Assembly: GCA_011390885.1 (NCBI GenBank)
Contig: JAABRO010000012.1
Coordinates: 12,979 to 76,978, forward strand
Source of the DNA: Gemmatimonas sp.
GTDB taxonomy: Bacteria > Gemmatimonadota > Gemmatimonadetes > Gemmatimonadales > Gemmatimonadaceae
Direction: 5' to 3'
Length of the DNA: 64,000 bases
This document shows positions 28,666 to 38,857 of this stretch, in pieces. The translations under genes were made by a program, and so were the position numbers. The notes under the pieces were generated by a model that was not told the origin of the DNA, did not search any database, and was given only the letters and a program-made list of their open reading frames with translations. Numbering within the stretch: the first letter of the stretch is position 1; every line of letters starts with the position of its first letter.

Positions 28666-30966
28666 ATGAAGCGCCGCACGTTCCTGCTCGCGGGACTGGG
28701 CGCCGGTGGCGCCGTGCTGCTCGGCTGGAGCCTGCTGCCCCCGCGCCAGCGACTGTACCCGTCGCGCGGCATCCCGTCCGCGGACGGCCGCATCGCGCTC
28801 AACGGCTGGGTCGCGATCGCGCCCGACGACACCGTCACCGCCGTGCTGCCCAAGTCCGAGATGGGCCAGGGGGTGCACACCGCGCTGGCCATGATCCTCG
28901 CGGAGGAGCTCGACTGCACGCTGGCGCAGGTGCGCATCGCGCAGGCGCCGGTGGACGCGATCTACCACAACCTCGTCGTGGGGCGCGACGCGCTGCCGCT
29001 GCCGCCGGAATCGGACGGCGTGCTACGGCGCGTGGTGGAGTGGTACTCCGACAAGCTGCTGCGCGAGTTCGGCGTGATGACCACCGGCGGGTCCACGAGC
29101 ATTCGCGACTGCTGGGCACCGCTGCGCGACGCGGGCGCCATCGCGCGCGCCACGCTGCTGGAGGCCGCGGCGCGCCACTGGCAGGTGCCGGTGACGTCGT
29201 GTTCGACGCACGATGGCGTCGTGACCTGCGGTGACCGGGCGCTGCGGTACGGCGAGATCGTGGCGCTCGGTGGCGACCTCGCGCCGGCCCGCGCGTTCAC
29301 GCGCAAGGCGCCATCGACCTATCGCGTGATCGGCACGTCGCCGCCGCGTCTCGACGCGCGCGCGAAGACCGACGGCACGGCCATCTTCGGCATCGACGCG
29401 CGGCCGGCGGGTCTCGCGTACGCAGCGGTCACCATGGCGCCGGTGATCGGGGGCGCCCCATCGTCGTTCGACGCGGACGCCGCGCGTGCCCTGCCCGGCG
29501 TGCGCGAGGTGGTGGCGCTCTCCGGAGCGAACGGCAGCGCGCGAGGCGTGGCCGTGATCGCGAACGCCTGGCCCGTGGCACGGCGCGCCCTCGAGGCGCT
29601 CGCGGTGCAGTGGGACGCGGGGCCGAACGCGGCGCTCTCCTCCGACGCCGTGCTCGACGCGCTTCGCGCGCAGGCGCGCGAGGGCGGCGGACGCACCTTT
29701 CGCCGCGATGGCGACGCCGACGGCATGCTCGCGCGTGCGGCCGAGGGCACCGCGTCGGCGGCCGGCCGCGTCGTCGCGGCCGAGTACGAGGTGCCGTTCC
29801 TCGCGCACACCACGATGGAGCCGCCCAACTGCACCGTGCTCGCCCACGACGATCGCGCCGACGTCTGGGTGGGCACGCAGGTCCCCGGGCAGGCACGTGC
29901 AGCGGTGGCGCAGGTGCTCGGCCTCGATCCGGAACGTGTCACCGTGCACGTGGCCTACCTCGGCGGCGGCTTCGGACGTCGCCTCGAGGTGGACTTCATC
30001 GGCCAGGCGGCGGAGGTCGCGGCAGCGATGCGCGGCACCCCTGTGCAGGTGATCTGGAGTCGCGAAGACGATGTGCGCCACGACTTCTACCGGCCGGCGT
30101 GCGCCGCGCGCCTCGACGCGGCCCTCGGCGCGGACGGCACGGTGCTCGCGCTGCGCGCCTGCGTTGCAAGCCAGGAGATCACGCGGCCGTACGGTGCGCG
30201 GAGCGGCGTACGGCTCGCGCGCTTCGACGTGCGCAAGAGCTCCGTGGAGGGGTTGTTCGACCAGCCCTATGCTTTCGGTGCGCTGCAGGTGACGCATCAG
30301 CTCGCGCGCCATGCGGTGCCGGTGGGGTACTGGCGGGCAGTGGGACACTCGCACAACGCGTTCTTTCTCGAGGGCTTCGTGGACGAGCTGGCGCACGCGG
30401 CCGGCATCGATCCGGTGGCGTTCCGCGAACGCCTGCTTGCCGGCAACGAGCGGGCGCTGGCCGTGCTGCGCCTCGCCGCGGCGCGCAGCGGCTGGGGCAG
30501 CGCGCCTGGCGTGGCGGCGGATGGTGCGCCGATCGCGCGCGGCATCGCGCTGCATCGCTCCTTCGGCAGCATCGTGGCGCAGGTCGCGGAGGTGTCGCTC
30601 TCGCCGTCGCGCGCCATTCGGGTGCACCGCGTGACGTGTGCCGTGGACTGCGGCCTGGCCATCAACCCTGACGGCGTCGCGCAGCAGATGGAGAGTGCGG
30701 TGGTGTTCGGCCTCTCGGCGGCGCTGCACGGCGAGATCACGATCGTGAATGGGCGCGTGCAGCAGGGCAACTTCGACAGCTATCGTGCGCTGCGCCTGGC
30801 CGAGGCACCGGAGGTGGTGACACACCTCGTGCCGAGTGGCGAACCGCCGGAGGGCGTGGGCGAAGCGGGGCTGCCGCCCATCGCACCGGCCGTGGCGAGC
30901 GCGCTGTTCTCGCTCACCGGACAGCGGCTCCGCCGCCTGCCGCTGCGCCTCGCGGAGGACGCATGA
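28666..30966 (+). CDS. Molybdopterin-binding large subunit of a xanthine-dehydrogenase-family hydroxylase (IorB/aldehyde-oxidoreductase-like), with a Tat signal.
   Basis: ATG at 28666. Twin-arginine signal [19 protein letters not shown]. Family motifs [40 protein letters not shown]...[16 protein letters not shown]. Confidence 0.9.
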   Translation: MKRRTFLLAGLGAGGAVLLGWSLLPPRQRLYPSRGIPSADGRIALNGWVAIAPDDTVTAVLPKSEMGQGVHTALAMILAEELDCTLAQVRIAQAPVDAIYHNLVVGRDALPLPPESDGVLRRVVEWYSDKLLREFGVMTTGGSTSIRDCWAPLRDAGAIARATLLEAAARHWQVPVTSCSTHDGVVTCGDRALRYGEIVALGGDLAPARAFTRKAPSTYRVIGTSPPRLDARAKTDGTAIFGIDARPAGLAYAAVTMAPVIGGAPSSFDADAARALPGVREVVALSGANGSARGVAVIANAWPVARRALEALAVQWDAGPNAALSSDAVLDALRAQAREGGGRTFRRDGDADGMLARAAEGTASAAGRVVAAEYEVPFLAHTTMEPPNCTVLAHDDRADVWVGTQVPGQARAAVAQVLGLDPERVTVHVAYLGGGFGRRLEVDFIGQAAEVAAAMRGTPVQVIWSREDDVRHDFYRPACAARLDAALGADGTVLALRACVASQEITRPYGARSGVRLARFDVRKSSVEGLFDQPYAFGALQVTHQLARHAVPVGYWRAVGHSHNAFFLEGFVDELAHAAGIDPVAFRERLLAGNERALAVLRLAAARSGWGSAPGVAADGAPIARGIALHRSFGSIVAQVAEVSLSPSRAIRVHRVTCAVDCGLAINPDGVAQQMESAVVFGLSAALHGEITIVNGRVQQGNFDSYRALRLAEAPEVVTHLVPSGEPPEGVGEAGLPPIAPAVASALFSLTGQRLRRLPLRLAEDA

Positions 30967-31451
30967 TCGCGCTGCGCGTGAACGGTGAGCTCATGGAGGT
31001 GGACGTGCCGCCGGAGACGCCACTGCTCTGGGTGGTGCGCGAGCAGCTCGCGCTCACCGGCACCAAGTTCGGCTGTGGGGCGGCGCTCTGCGGTGCCTGC
31101 ACGGTGCACGTGGACGGCGCACCGGTGCGGAGCTGCGTCACGCCGGTGTCGGCCGTGTCCGGCCGCGCGGTGACGACCATCGAAGGGGTCGCCCGCGCCG
31201 AGGCGACCGGCAAGGACACGTCGGCGATCGCGAAGGCGGTGCAGGATGCGTGGGTGGCGCACGGCGTCGCGCAGTGCGGCTACTGCCAGCCCGGCATGGT
31301 GATGACGGCTGTCGCCCTGCTGGCCGCCAACCCGCGCCCCGCCGATGCGGAGATCGACACCGCCTTCAGCGGCCACCTGTGCCGCTGCGGCAGCTATCAG
31401 CGGCTGCGCGCGGCCGTGCACGACGCAGCCCGCGCGCTCGACGCGCGCTGA
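30963..31451 (+). CDS. [2Fe-2S]-binding small subunit (IorA/CoxS-like).
   Basis: ATGA overlap with the preceding gene. Cys motifs CGAALCGAC...C and QCGYCQPG...CRCG. Confidence 0.9.
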   Translation: MIALRVNGELMEVDVPPETPLLWVVREQLALTGTKFGCGAALCGACTVHVDGAPVRSCVTPVSAVSGRAVTTIEGVARAEATGKDTSAIAKAVQDAWVAHGVAQCGYCQPGMVMTAVALLAANPRPADAEIDTAFSGHLCRCGSYQRLRAAVHDAARALDAR

Positions 31452-31553
31452 ATGCCTCGCCGGCCTGCGGTCGGCCGCAGCGCTTGCCCTCGCGTCGGCG
31501 TACGCGGACAATAGAGCGATCTCGTCGTTTTCGTCCCTCGCGGAGTCCTGCCG

Positions 31554-33713
31554 ATGTCCAGTCTGTGCACCCGCGCGCGCGTCGCGTGCGCCACCCTGCT
31601 GCTCGCCGCGGCATCGTTCGTGGCCGAGCCCCTCGTGGGCGAGCCGCTCTCGGCGCAATCCGCCCGCGGTTTCACGCTCGACCAGGTGAAGAGCGCGCCG
31701 TATCCCACCGAACTCGTGGCGGCCCGCACCGGCGATCGCCTCGCGTGGGTGTTCAACGAGCGCGGCCAGCGCAACCTGTGGGTGGCCGAAGGGCCGGCGT
31801 TCGCTGCGCGCCGCGTGACCGACTACACGCGCGACGACGGACAGGACCTCACGTCGGTGTCGATCTCGCCCGACGGGCGCTGGCTGGTGTACATGCGCGG
31901 CGGTGATTTCGGCTCGAACTTCGACGATGCGCTGCCTGTCAACCCGCTGGGCATGCCCACGCCCACGCGCGTCGAGATCTGGGCCGTGCCCTTCGCGGGC
32001 GGCACCCCGGTGTCGCTCGGCGAGGGCGAGTCGCCGGTAATCGCACCGTCATCGGACTACGTGGTGTTCGCGCGCGACCGGCAGCTGTGGCGCGTGCCGA
32101 TCGACGGGTCGTCACCGGCGAAGCGGCTGTTCACGCTGCGGGGCAGCAGCGGTGATCCGCAGTTCTCCCCGGACGGCTCGCGTCTCGCCTTCGTCTCGAA
32201 CCGCGGTGATCACGCGTTCATCGGCGTCTACACCAACGACACCACGCCGATCACGTGGATCGCGCCGAGTGTGGATCGCGACTGGGCACCGCGCTGGGCA
32301 CCCGACGGGCGTCGCCTGGTGTTCGCGCGGCGTGCCGGCAGCGGTGGGGCGCCGGCTGCCCCCCTCGAGGCCACACCTGCTCCGTGGTCGCTGTGGGTGG
32401 GCGACGCCACGACCGGGCGGGCGGAGCGCGTGTGGGCCAGTGACACCACGCTGCGCGCGTCGGTGCCGTCCACGCACGGCGGCATCAACCTGCACTGGGC
32501 GGCGAACGACCGCCTCGTGTTCATGCAGTACGCCGATGGGTGGCCGCACCTGTACTCGATGCCCGCCACGGGCGGCACGCCGCTCCTGCTGACGCCGGGC
32601 GAGTACATGGCCGAGCATGTGCGGCTCGCGCCCGATGGCCGTTCGGTGCTGTTCTCCGCCAACACGGGGAGCACGCCGGGCGACATCGACCGGCGGCACA
32701 TCGTGCGCGCGCCGATCGATCGCGCGGCGCCCGACGTGCTGACGCCCGGCACGGGCATCGAGTGGACGCCCGTGGTGCTCGGCAGCGGTCGCGTGGCGGG
32801 CCTCGGTGCCACGGCGCAGCGTTCGCCGCTGCCCATGGTGCTCGAGGGTGGCTCACCGCGCTGGATCGCCGCCGATCGCGTGCCGGCGAGCTATCCGACC
32901 GCGCAGCTCGTCACGCCCACGCCCGTGACCTACACGGCATCGGACGGCGTGCGCGTGCACGCCCAGCTGTTCCAGCCACCGGCAGGCGGAGCCGCGCGCA
33001 AGCCGGCCATCGTGTACGTGCACGGCGGGCCGCCGCGCCAGATGCTGCTGGGGTGGCACTATGGCGACTACTACGCCAACGCCTACGCGATGAACCAGTT
33101 CCTCGCGAGTCGCGGCTTCGTGGTGCTCTCCATCAACTACCGGCTCGGCATCGGCTACGGCTACGAGTTCCACCGGCCGCCGAACGCCGGCGCGCAGGGG
33201 GCCTCGGAATACCTCGATGTGAAGGCCGCCGGCGAATGGCTGCGGCAGCGCAGCGACGTGGACGGCGCACGCATCGGCATCTACGGCGGTTCGTACGGCG
33301 GGTACCTCACGGCGCTCGCGCTGGCTCGCGATTCGAAGCTGTTCGCGGCGGGTGTCGACATTCACGGTGTGCACGACTTCACCTCCGACGGTGGCAGCCG
33401 GTTCGGCGGCGGCACGTGGCGCTACGAGCGGAGCGCGTACGACCTGCAGCGCCTCGCCGAGGTGGCGTGGCAGTCGTCGCCCGTCTCGTCGGTCGCGACG
33501 TGGACATCGCCGGTGCTGCTCATTCATGCGGACGACGATCGCAACGTGCGCTTCGCGCAGACGGTGGACCTCGTACAGCGCCTGCGCGAGCATGGCGTGC
33601 CCTTCGAGGAGATCACGATCCCCGACGACACGCACCACTGGATGCGCTTCGCGAACCAGATGCGCGTGAACGCGGCGACCGCGGAGTACTTCGAGCGCAT
33701 CCTCAAGCCGTGA
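31554..33713 (+). CDS. S9 family serine peptidase (beta-propeller plus prolyl-oligopeptidase-type alpha/beta hydrolase).
   Basis: Signal peptide. WD40-like TolB-type repeats (FSPDGSRLAFVS, WAPDGRRLVF). Catalytic GGSYGGY, with DDDRNV and H in the C-terminal domain. Confidence 0.85.
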   Translation: MSSLCTRARVACATLLLAAASFVAEPLVGEPLSAQSARGFTLDQVKSAPYPTELVAARTGDRLAWVFNERGQRNLWVAEGPAFAARRVTDYTRDDGQDLTSVSISPDGRWLVYMRGGDFGSNFDDALPVNPLGMPTPTRVEIWAVPFAGGTPVSLGEGESPVIAPSSDYVVFARDRQLWRVPIDGSSPAKRLFTLRGSSGDPQFSPDGSRLAFVSNRGDHAFIGVYTNDTTPITWIAPSVDRDWAPRWAPDGRRLVFARRAGSGGAPAAPLEATPAPWSLWVGDATTGRAERVWASDTTLRASVPSTHGGINLHWAANDRLVFMQYADGWPHLYSMPATGGTPLLLTPGEYMAEHVRLAPDGRSVLFSANTGSTPGDIDRRHIVRAPIDRAAPDVLTPGTGIEWTPVVLGSGRVAGLGATAQRSPLPMVLEGGSPRWIAADRVPASYPTAQLVTPTPVTYTASDGVRVHAQLFQPPAGGAARKPAIVYVHGGPPRQMLLGWHYGDYYANAYAMNQFLASRGFVVLSINYRLGIGYGYEFHRPPNAGAQGASEYLDVKAAGEWLRQRSDVDGARIGIYGGSYGGYLTALALARDSKLFAAGVDIHGVHDFTSDGGSRFGGGTWRYERSAYDLQRLAEVAWQSSPVSSVATWTSPVLLIHADDDRNVRFAQTVDLVQRLREHGVPFEEITIPDDTHHWMRFANQMRVNAATAEYFERILKP

Positions 33714-33718
33714 TGCAG

Positions 33719-33752
33719 CGCGGGCGCGCCGCTTAACGGCGGCGCGCCCGCG
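33719..33752 (+). terminator. GC-rich hairpin after the S9 peptidase gene, a candidate terminator.
   Basis: 12-13-bp perfect stem GCGGGCGCGCCG / CGGCGCGCCCGC with an 8-nt loop, starting 6 nt after the stop. No clear T-tract. Confidence 0.5.
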
Positions 33753-33818
33753 TCGTCCACCTCACCGAAGCGCGGCACATGACCGCGACCATGCACATCC
33801 GACGGTGAGGAGCTGATC

Positions 33819-34409
33819 ATGCGAACGATTCCCCTCGCAGTACTTGCGCTCGCGCTTGGCGCGACGACGCTGGCCGCGCAGCCAGTCCGCGGTCGTGGCG
33901 CAGACGGCCCGCGTGGCGCGGCCATCGGCCAGCCACGCGGCGACATGACGCGCGGCACGATGGCGCGTGGCGCGGTCCCACCGGCCGCCGCGCTGCTCCG
34001 CCTGCGCACGCAGCTCGAGCTGAGCGACGAGCAGGTGCAGCGCCTCGAGGCGCTGGCGGCCACGCAGCGTTCGGCGCTGAAGCCGTCGCCGTCGCAGCAG
34101 ATGCGGCTCCGCGCCGACCTCATGGACGCGATGGCGGGTGACGGCAATCCGCAGGCCGCGCGTGCTGCGCTCGACAAGCTGAGCGCACTGCAGAACGAGC
34201 GCGTCGTGCTCGCCATGAACGCACGCAAGGAAGCCCGGGCCGTGCTCACGCCGGCCCAGCGCACCAAGGCGGAGGCGCGGCGTGGTCCGGGCAACCGCAT
34301 GCGTCCCGGCGCTCGCGGTCAGCGCGGCGATCGTGTCGGAGATCGCGCCGGAGATCGCGCCGGTGATCGCCGCGGACCGCGCGCCAGCGGGCGTCCGCAG
34401 CGGCCCTGA
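33819..34409 (+). CDS. Spy/CpxP-family periplasmic protein (LTxxQ motif).
   Basis: RBS-like GGTGAGGAG upstream. Signal MRTIPLAVLALALGATTLAAQ. LTxxQ-like motifs LSDEQ and LTPAQ. Helical, basic, low-complexity tail (GDRVGDRAGDRAGDRRG). Confidence 0.6.
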   Translation: MRTIPLAVLALALGATTLAAQPVRGRGADGPRGAAIGQPRGDMTRGTMARGAVPPAAALLRLRTQLELSDEQVQRLEALAATQRSALKPSPSQQMRLRADLMDAMAGDGNPQAARAALDKLSALQNERVVLAMNARKEARAVLTPAQRTKAEARRGPGNRMRPGARGQRGDRVGDRAGDRAGDRRGPRASGRPQRP

Positions 34410-34429
34410 CGTTCAACGGTGGTGCGCGC

Positions 34430-35743
34430 TCAGCGGGGAGCGCGCACCACCGAGCCGCGTTGCAGCACCGTGTGCACGTCGCGCAGCGCGCGCACGTTCG
34501 CCGTCGGGTCGCCTCGCACGATGAGCAGGTCGGCCGGGGCCCCGTCGCGAATCTCCCCCAGGCCATCGGTCGCGCGCAGCACGCGCGCCGCGGTCGACGT
34601 GGCCGCCACGATCGCCTGCATGGGCGTGAGGCCGTAGTCCACGAGCAGCTCGAGTTCGCGCACGTTGTCGCCGTGCGTGAACACGCCCACGTCGCTGCCG
34701 TTCGCGATCGTCACGCCCGCGTCGAGCGCCGCGCGCACGGACGCGCGCTTGGCGCGCACGCGCGTGGGTTCGGGGCCCGAGCCCGGCGTCCAGCCGCCGT
34801 ACTGGGCAATGGCGTGTCCGGCCGCCACCGTGGGCACGAGAATCACGCCACGTTCGCGCATGAGGGCGAACACCTCCGGCGTGCCGCCGTCACCGTGCTC
34901 GATCGTCTGCACGCCGGCCAGCGTGGCGCGGCGCATCCCTTCGGCGGTGGAGGCGTGCGCCACCAGCGGCCGACCGCTCGAGGTCGCGATCTCGACCGCG
35001 GCCCGCAGCTCCTCCACGGTGAACGCCGGTTGCGCGCTGCCGTCCGGCCCCCAGCGATAGTCGGCGTACACCTTGATCACATCGGCGCCGCGCGCGATCT
35101 GTCCGCGCACAGCAGACACGAGCTCCGGCAGGTTGCCGGCCTCTTCGGCCGCGATCGGCACGCGCACCTCGGGCGCGAAACCGCGGGGCGCGTAGCTGCC
35201 GCGCATCACGATCGCCTGCTCGGCCACCACGAGCCGAGGCCCCGGGATCACGCCCTTCGCGAGTGCCGCCCGCAGCCCCACGTCGGCGCTGCCGGCACCT
35301 TCCGTGCCCAGGTCGCGCAGCGTCGTGAACCCCGCGTCGAGCGTGCGGGCCAGGTGCACGGTCGCGCGCGCCACGCGCTCGCCGAGCCCTTCGCGCAGCA
35401 CCTGCTCATCCCACGGCACTTCGTTGTACGGGTGCAGGAGTACATGCGAGTGCAGGTCGATGAGCCCGGGCAGCAGCGTGGTGCCCGGCAGTTCCAGCAC
35501 GCGCGTGTCACGCGGCGTGCGGATCGAGGCACGTGGCGCAACGGCCACGATGCGCCCGCTGTCCACGAGCACGGCGAGTCCGGTGCGTGGTGCGGCGCCG
35601 CTGCCGTCCACGATGCGGTCGGGCACGAGCAGCAGCGGAGGCGCGGGTTGCGCGGCGAGCAAGGAGGGCGCAACGGCCTGACCGGCGAGCAGGAGAAAAC
35701 GCAGCGATCGCAGCATGGCATGGGGTTGAGGACGGTGAAACAT
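34430..35743 (-). CDS. Metal-dependent amidohydrolase family protein, secreted.
   Basis: Signal MLRSLRFLLLAGQAVAPSLLAAQ (an alternative ATG at 35716). LPGLIDLHSH metal-binding motif. Later HA...H and a D typical of the amidohydrolase fold. Confidence 0.85.
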   Translation of the reverse strand: MFHRPQPHAMLRSLRFLLLAGQAVAPSLLAAQPAPPLLLVPDRIVDGSGAAPRTGLAVLVDSGRIVAVAPRASIRTPRDTRVLELPGTTLLPGLIDLHSHVLLHPYNEVPWDEQVLREGLGERVARATVHLARTLDAGFTTLRDLGTEGAGSADVGLRAALAKGVIPGPRLVVAEQAIVMRGSYAPRGFAPEVRVPIAAEEAGNLPELVSAVRGQIARGADVIKVYADYRWGPDGSAQPAFTVEELRAAVEIATSSGRPLVAHASTAEGMRRATLAGVQTIEHGDGGTPEVFALMRERGVILVPTVAAGHAIAQYGGWTPGSGPEPTRVRAKRASVRAALDAGVTIANGSDVGVFTHGDNVRELELLVDYGLTPMQAIVAATSTAARVLRATDGLGEIRDGAPADLLIVRGDPTANVRALRDVHTVLQRGSVVRAPR

Positions 35744-35869
35744 GAAGCGGACTGGGCCGTGGTGTCCACGCGCCGCGCATTTCGTGCGCTCTCTGGACGC
35801 CCGGCGGTTCGTGTCGCAGCTTCCTGCAGTCGTCGTCCTGCGTCACGTTCACCTTCGGAGCGCACCGTC

Positions 35870-36760
35870 ATGTCCCCCGATCACCCGGAACGCGCGATTG
35901 TCGCGGACGAGCGCGAGGCAGGCGCCAAGCCACGAGACGAGGAGATCGACGTGTTCGGGCTGACGCACGCCGGCAAGGTGCGCACGCAGAACCAGGATCA
36001 CTTCATGCTCGCGTCGATCCACAAGCACGTGCACGTGCTGCACACGAGCCTCACCGAACAGCAGCGCCTTCCGCTCGCCGATGAACGGCTCGCCTTCATC
36101 GCGATGGTGGCGGATGGCGTGGGCGGCGGAGAAGGGGGCGAGCGCGCGAGCGCCACCGCGCTCGAAGTGGCCACCCGCTACATCACCACGAGCACCGACT
36201 GCTACTACCGGGCGGCGGCGGGCGATGAACCCTTCCTCGAGGTGCTGCAGGACGCGGCGCTCCAGTGTCACCACGCCGTGCTCGAGCAGGCGCAGCGGGA
36301 AGGCCACGGTCGCACGATGGCCACGACCCTCACGCTGTTCATGGGGGTCTGGCCGTACTACTACCTGCTGCAGGTGGGCGACTCGCGCTACTACCTCTAC
36401 CGCGAAGGGCAGCTCTCGCAGATCACGCGCGACCAGACGATGGCGCAGGACCTCGTCGATGAGGGGGTCTTCACGCGGGCCATGGCCGACCGCTCGCGCT
36501 ACGCGCATGTGCTCTCGAGTGCAATCGGCGGGCAGCAGGCGACTCCGGTGGTCACCCGCCTGCGCGCCGACTGGCACAATGTGCACATGGTCTGTTCCGA
36601 CGGGCTCACCAAGCATGTGAGCGACGAGCAGATCCGTGATCGGCTCGCCACCATGACGTCGGCGCGTCAGGTCTGCGAACAGCTGCTGCAGGACGCGCTC
36701 GACGGCGGTGGCTCGGACAACATCACGATCATCGTGGGGCGCACCCTACCGAAGCGCTGA
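35870..36760 (+). CDS. PP2C-family Ser/Thr protein phosphatase.
   Basis: ATG at 35870, in frame within track ORF 34460..36760. Motifs: GLTHAGKVRTQNQD, VADGVGG, GTMATTLT, VGDSRYY, CSDGL, GGSDNITIIV. Confidence 0.85.
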   Translation: MSPDHPERAIVADEREAGAKPRDEEIDVFGLTHAGKVRTQNQDHFMLASIHKHVHVLHTSLTEQQRLPLADERLAFIAMVADGVGGGEGGERASATALEVATRYITTSTDCYYRAAAGDEPFLEVLQDAALQCHHAVLEQAQREGHGRTMATTLTLFMGVWPYYYLLQVGDSRYYLYREGQLSQITRDQTMAQDLVDEGVFTRAMADRSRYAHVLSSAIGGQQATPVVTRLRADWHNVHMVCSDGLTKHVSDEQIRDRLATMTSARQVCEQLLQDALDGGGSDNITIIVGRTLPKR

Positions 36761-38170
36761 GCCCTGCAGCCATGCGATCGCGTCGGCGGCGGCGTAGTGG
36801 CCACGTCCGGCGGAGAGCGTGGCCACGCCGGCGAGATCGTCGCCGCAGGTGAGCAGCGAGGGTTCCTCGGTCTCGTCGCGCCACTGGGGCAGCCCCACGT
36901 CGGCGAGCAGGCCGTTGCACAGGCACCGTCGCCCCGTCGTGGCGGCGGCGTCCCCACCCTTGGCCACGAACTGGTCCACGGGCTCGGCGGGGCAGCGGTA
37001 GATGACGCGGCCGTCATCCTGCCGCACCGGCTGTCGCAGGTAGCCGAGGTCGCAGATGCGTTCGCGCGTCTCGAGCGCCGCTTCCGATTCGGCGAAGCGG
37101 AGCCGCTTGAACGGGTAGCCGGTGGGTGACGCGAGCGGATCGGTGAAGACCGCGGCATCTCCAGTTTCAACCGCGCGCAGCACGCGCGTGCGCAGCTCGG
37201 GCGTGATGCCGGACTCGTCGCAGCAGGCGAAGAGGGTGCCCACCTGGACGCCGGCGGCGCCCTCGGCGAGCGCCGCCTGCAGGCGCTCTGGGGTGCCGTA
37301 GCCCCCCGCGAGCCAGAAGGGCACGCCGAGTTCGCGCATCGCGGCGAGGTCCACCACGTCGCGCGCGCCGTAGATGGGTTCGCCGAGTGCGTTGAGCTGC
37401 GTCGCGCCGCGCGGCGGCGCGTTGTGTCCACCGGCCGTGGGCCCTTCCACGATGAAGCCGTCCACGCGCCCGTTCGACTTGCGCAGCAGGGTGGTGGCGA
37501 GCGACGACGCGGAGACGATCGGGAAGAAGAGCGGGCGCCGCAGCGGCGGCAGCACATCACCTCCGATGCTGGCCGGATCGAACGTGAGCAGCAGCGGTTC
37601 GGGTGCGCTCGGCCCTTCGATGTCGAAGCGCAGCGAGGCGCTCGCGTGCGTGGCGAGCGCGTCGAGCGCGCCCGGAATCTCGCGCGGAATGCCGGCGCCC
37701 ATGATCACCACGTCCACGCCCGCGAGCATGGCGCCGTAGAGCGAGGGGAGCGTGGGCATCTGCACCTTGGTGAGCAGGTTGATCCCCACCGGCGCCTCGT
37801 GTCCCTCCTTCGCGAGCAACACCTCCACGAAGTTCGCCATCACCGTCACGAGCTGCCGTTCGGGCGCCATCGTGCGGCGGTACATGGGGAGCAGGCGGTA
37901 CGGCTGGTCGGGTGCGCGGCCGTCGGGAATGTACCACGCCTCGAGCAGCGCGTCGGCGGCACCGGCGATGGGGAACTGCGCCAGGGCACGACGCATGTGC
38001 CCGCCGGGATCGCCGTCCTGCAGGCGGCGCACGAGCACCGTGTCGAGGGCCGTGCCGGAGACGATGCCGAGCTGTCCGGCGCGGCAGACGGCGTTGGCGA
38101 GCTGCCAATCGGACACCGCGATTCCCATGCCGCCCTGGATGATGCGGGGTAGCGAGATGCCTTCGGTCAT
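36746..38170 (-). CDS. Nitronate monooxygenase (NMO/2-nitropropane dioxygenase) family flavoprotein, long form.
   Basis: IIQGGMGIAVSDWQLANAVCRAGQLGIVSG at the N-terminus. TIM-barrel FMN-family motifs (GFIVEGPTAGGH, VPFWLAGG). Lies 83 nt downstream of the Rrf2 gene on the same strand. Confidence 0.8.
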   Translation of the reverse strand: MTEGISLPRIIQGGMGIAVSDWQLANAVCRAGQLGIVSGTALDTVLVRRLQDGDPGGHMRRALAQFPIAGAADALLEAWYIPDGRAPDQPYRLLPMYRRTMAPERQLVTVMANFVEVLLAKEGHEAPVGINLLTKVQMPTLPSLYGAMLAGVDVVIMGAGIPREIPGALDALATHASASLRFDIEGPSAPEPLLLTFDPASIGGDVLPPLRRPLFFPIVSASSLATTLLRKSNGRVDGFIVEGPTAGGHNAPPRGATQLNALGEPIYGARDVVDLAAMRELGVPFWLAGGYGTPERLQAALAEGAAGVQVGTLFACCDESGITPELRTRVLRAVETGDAAVFTDPLASPTGYPFKRLRFAESEAALETRERICDLGYLRQPVRQDDGRVIYRCPAEPVDQFVAKGGDAAATTGRRCLCNGLLADVGLPQWRDETEEPSLLTCGDDLAGVATLSAGRGHYAAADAIAWLQGSALR

Positions 38171-38252
38171 GACGCAACGAGAGTTGAGGGGGTGCCGCCG
38201 CGTGCAGGCATCATCGGCATCGATGGCGCGCTGGACGGAAGCGTTCGCGACA

Positions 38253-38708
38253 TCACGGGGCGGCCGCGGTGATCGAGGCCTCGCGGATTGCCGCCGTCAG
38301 CTGACGGCGCTTGGCCGTGAGGTCCGCCAGCGTGTAGCGGTCGAGCACGGCGAGAAACGCCTGCAGCGCTTCGTCGAGGGCCGGGGCCAGCTGGCACAGC
38401 GGTGCGATCGGGCAGGCCGAGTCGGCGTCGGCGAAGCACTCCACAAGCGCGAAGCTCTGCTCCGTCTGGCGCACCACATCACCCACGCGAATCTGGTCAG
38501 GTGCGCGGACGAGTCGCACCCCGCCTTTCCAGCCGCGGGACGTTTCCACGTACCCCAGCTGCGCGAGCTTCTGCACCACCTTCACGAGGTGGTCCGTGGA
38601 CATGCCCATGCGCTGCGCGATGTCGCGCGCCGTGCTCGACTCCCCGTCGTGCAGGGCGAGATAGGTGAGGCAGCGCAGGGCGTTGTCGGTGAACTGAGTG
38701 AGGCGCAT
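38253..38708 (-). CDS. Rrf2-family transcriptional regulator with a three-Cys Fe-S ligand motif (NsrR/IscR-like).
   Basis: MRLTQFTDNALRCLTYLA...STARDIAQRMGMSTDHLVKVVQKLAQLGYVETSRG (wHTH). Cys motif ECFADADSACPIAPLC (C-x8-C-x5-C). Divergent from nosZ. Confidence 0.85.
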   Translation of the reverse strand: MRLTQFTDNALRCLTYLALHDGESSTARDIAQRMGMSTDHLVKVVQKLAQLGYVETSRGWKGGVRLVRAPDQIRVGDVVRQTEQSFALVECFADADSACPIAPLCQLAPALDEALQAFLAVLDRYTLADLTAKRRQLTAAIREASITAAAP

Positions 38709-38857
38709 GTCCCGCGGAGAAGGAAGGCGTGCTGCTGATCACCGGATGCGTCGGGTGCCGTCCATTCGGCGGACGGGTGCATCCGGCGGCCGACACGAAT
38801 GCCGGCAGCGCCTTCGTACGGATATCAAACGCCGGCCGAGAGGGGTTCGTTGTCAGG

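Noticed and set aside
25664-28937. Long ORFs 25664..27385 (+, 573 aa) and 26634..28937 (-, 767 aa).
   Set aside because: Both are shadow frames over the MOSC, LbH-transferase and M50-CBS genes, which have clear family motifs in other frames.
34460-35869. N-terminal 470 aa of the 766-aa ORF 34460..36760.
   Set aside because: This part is antisense to the amidohydrolase gene and has shadow-ORF composition. Only the segment from ATG 35870 carries the PP2C motifs.
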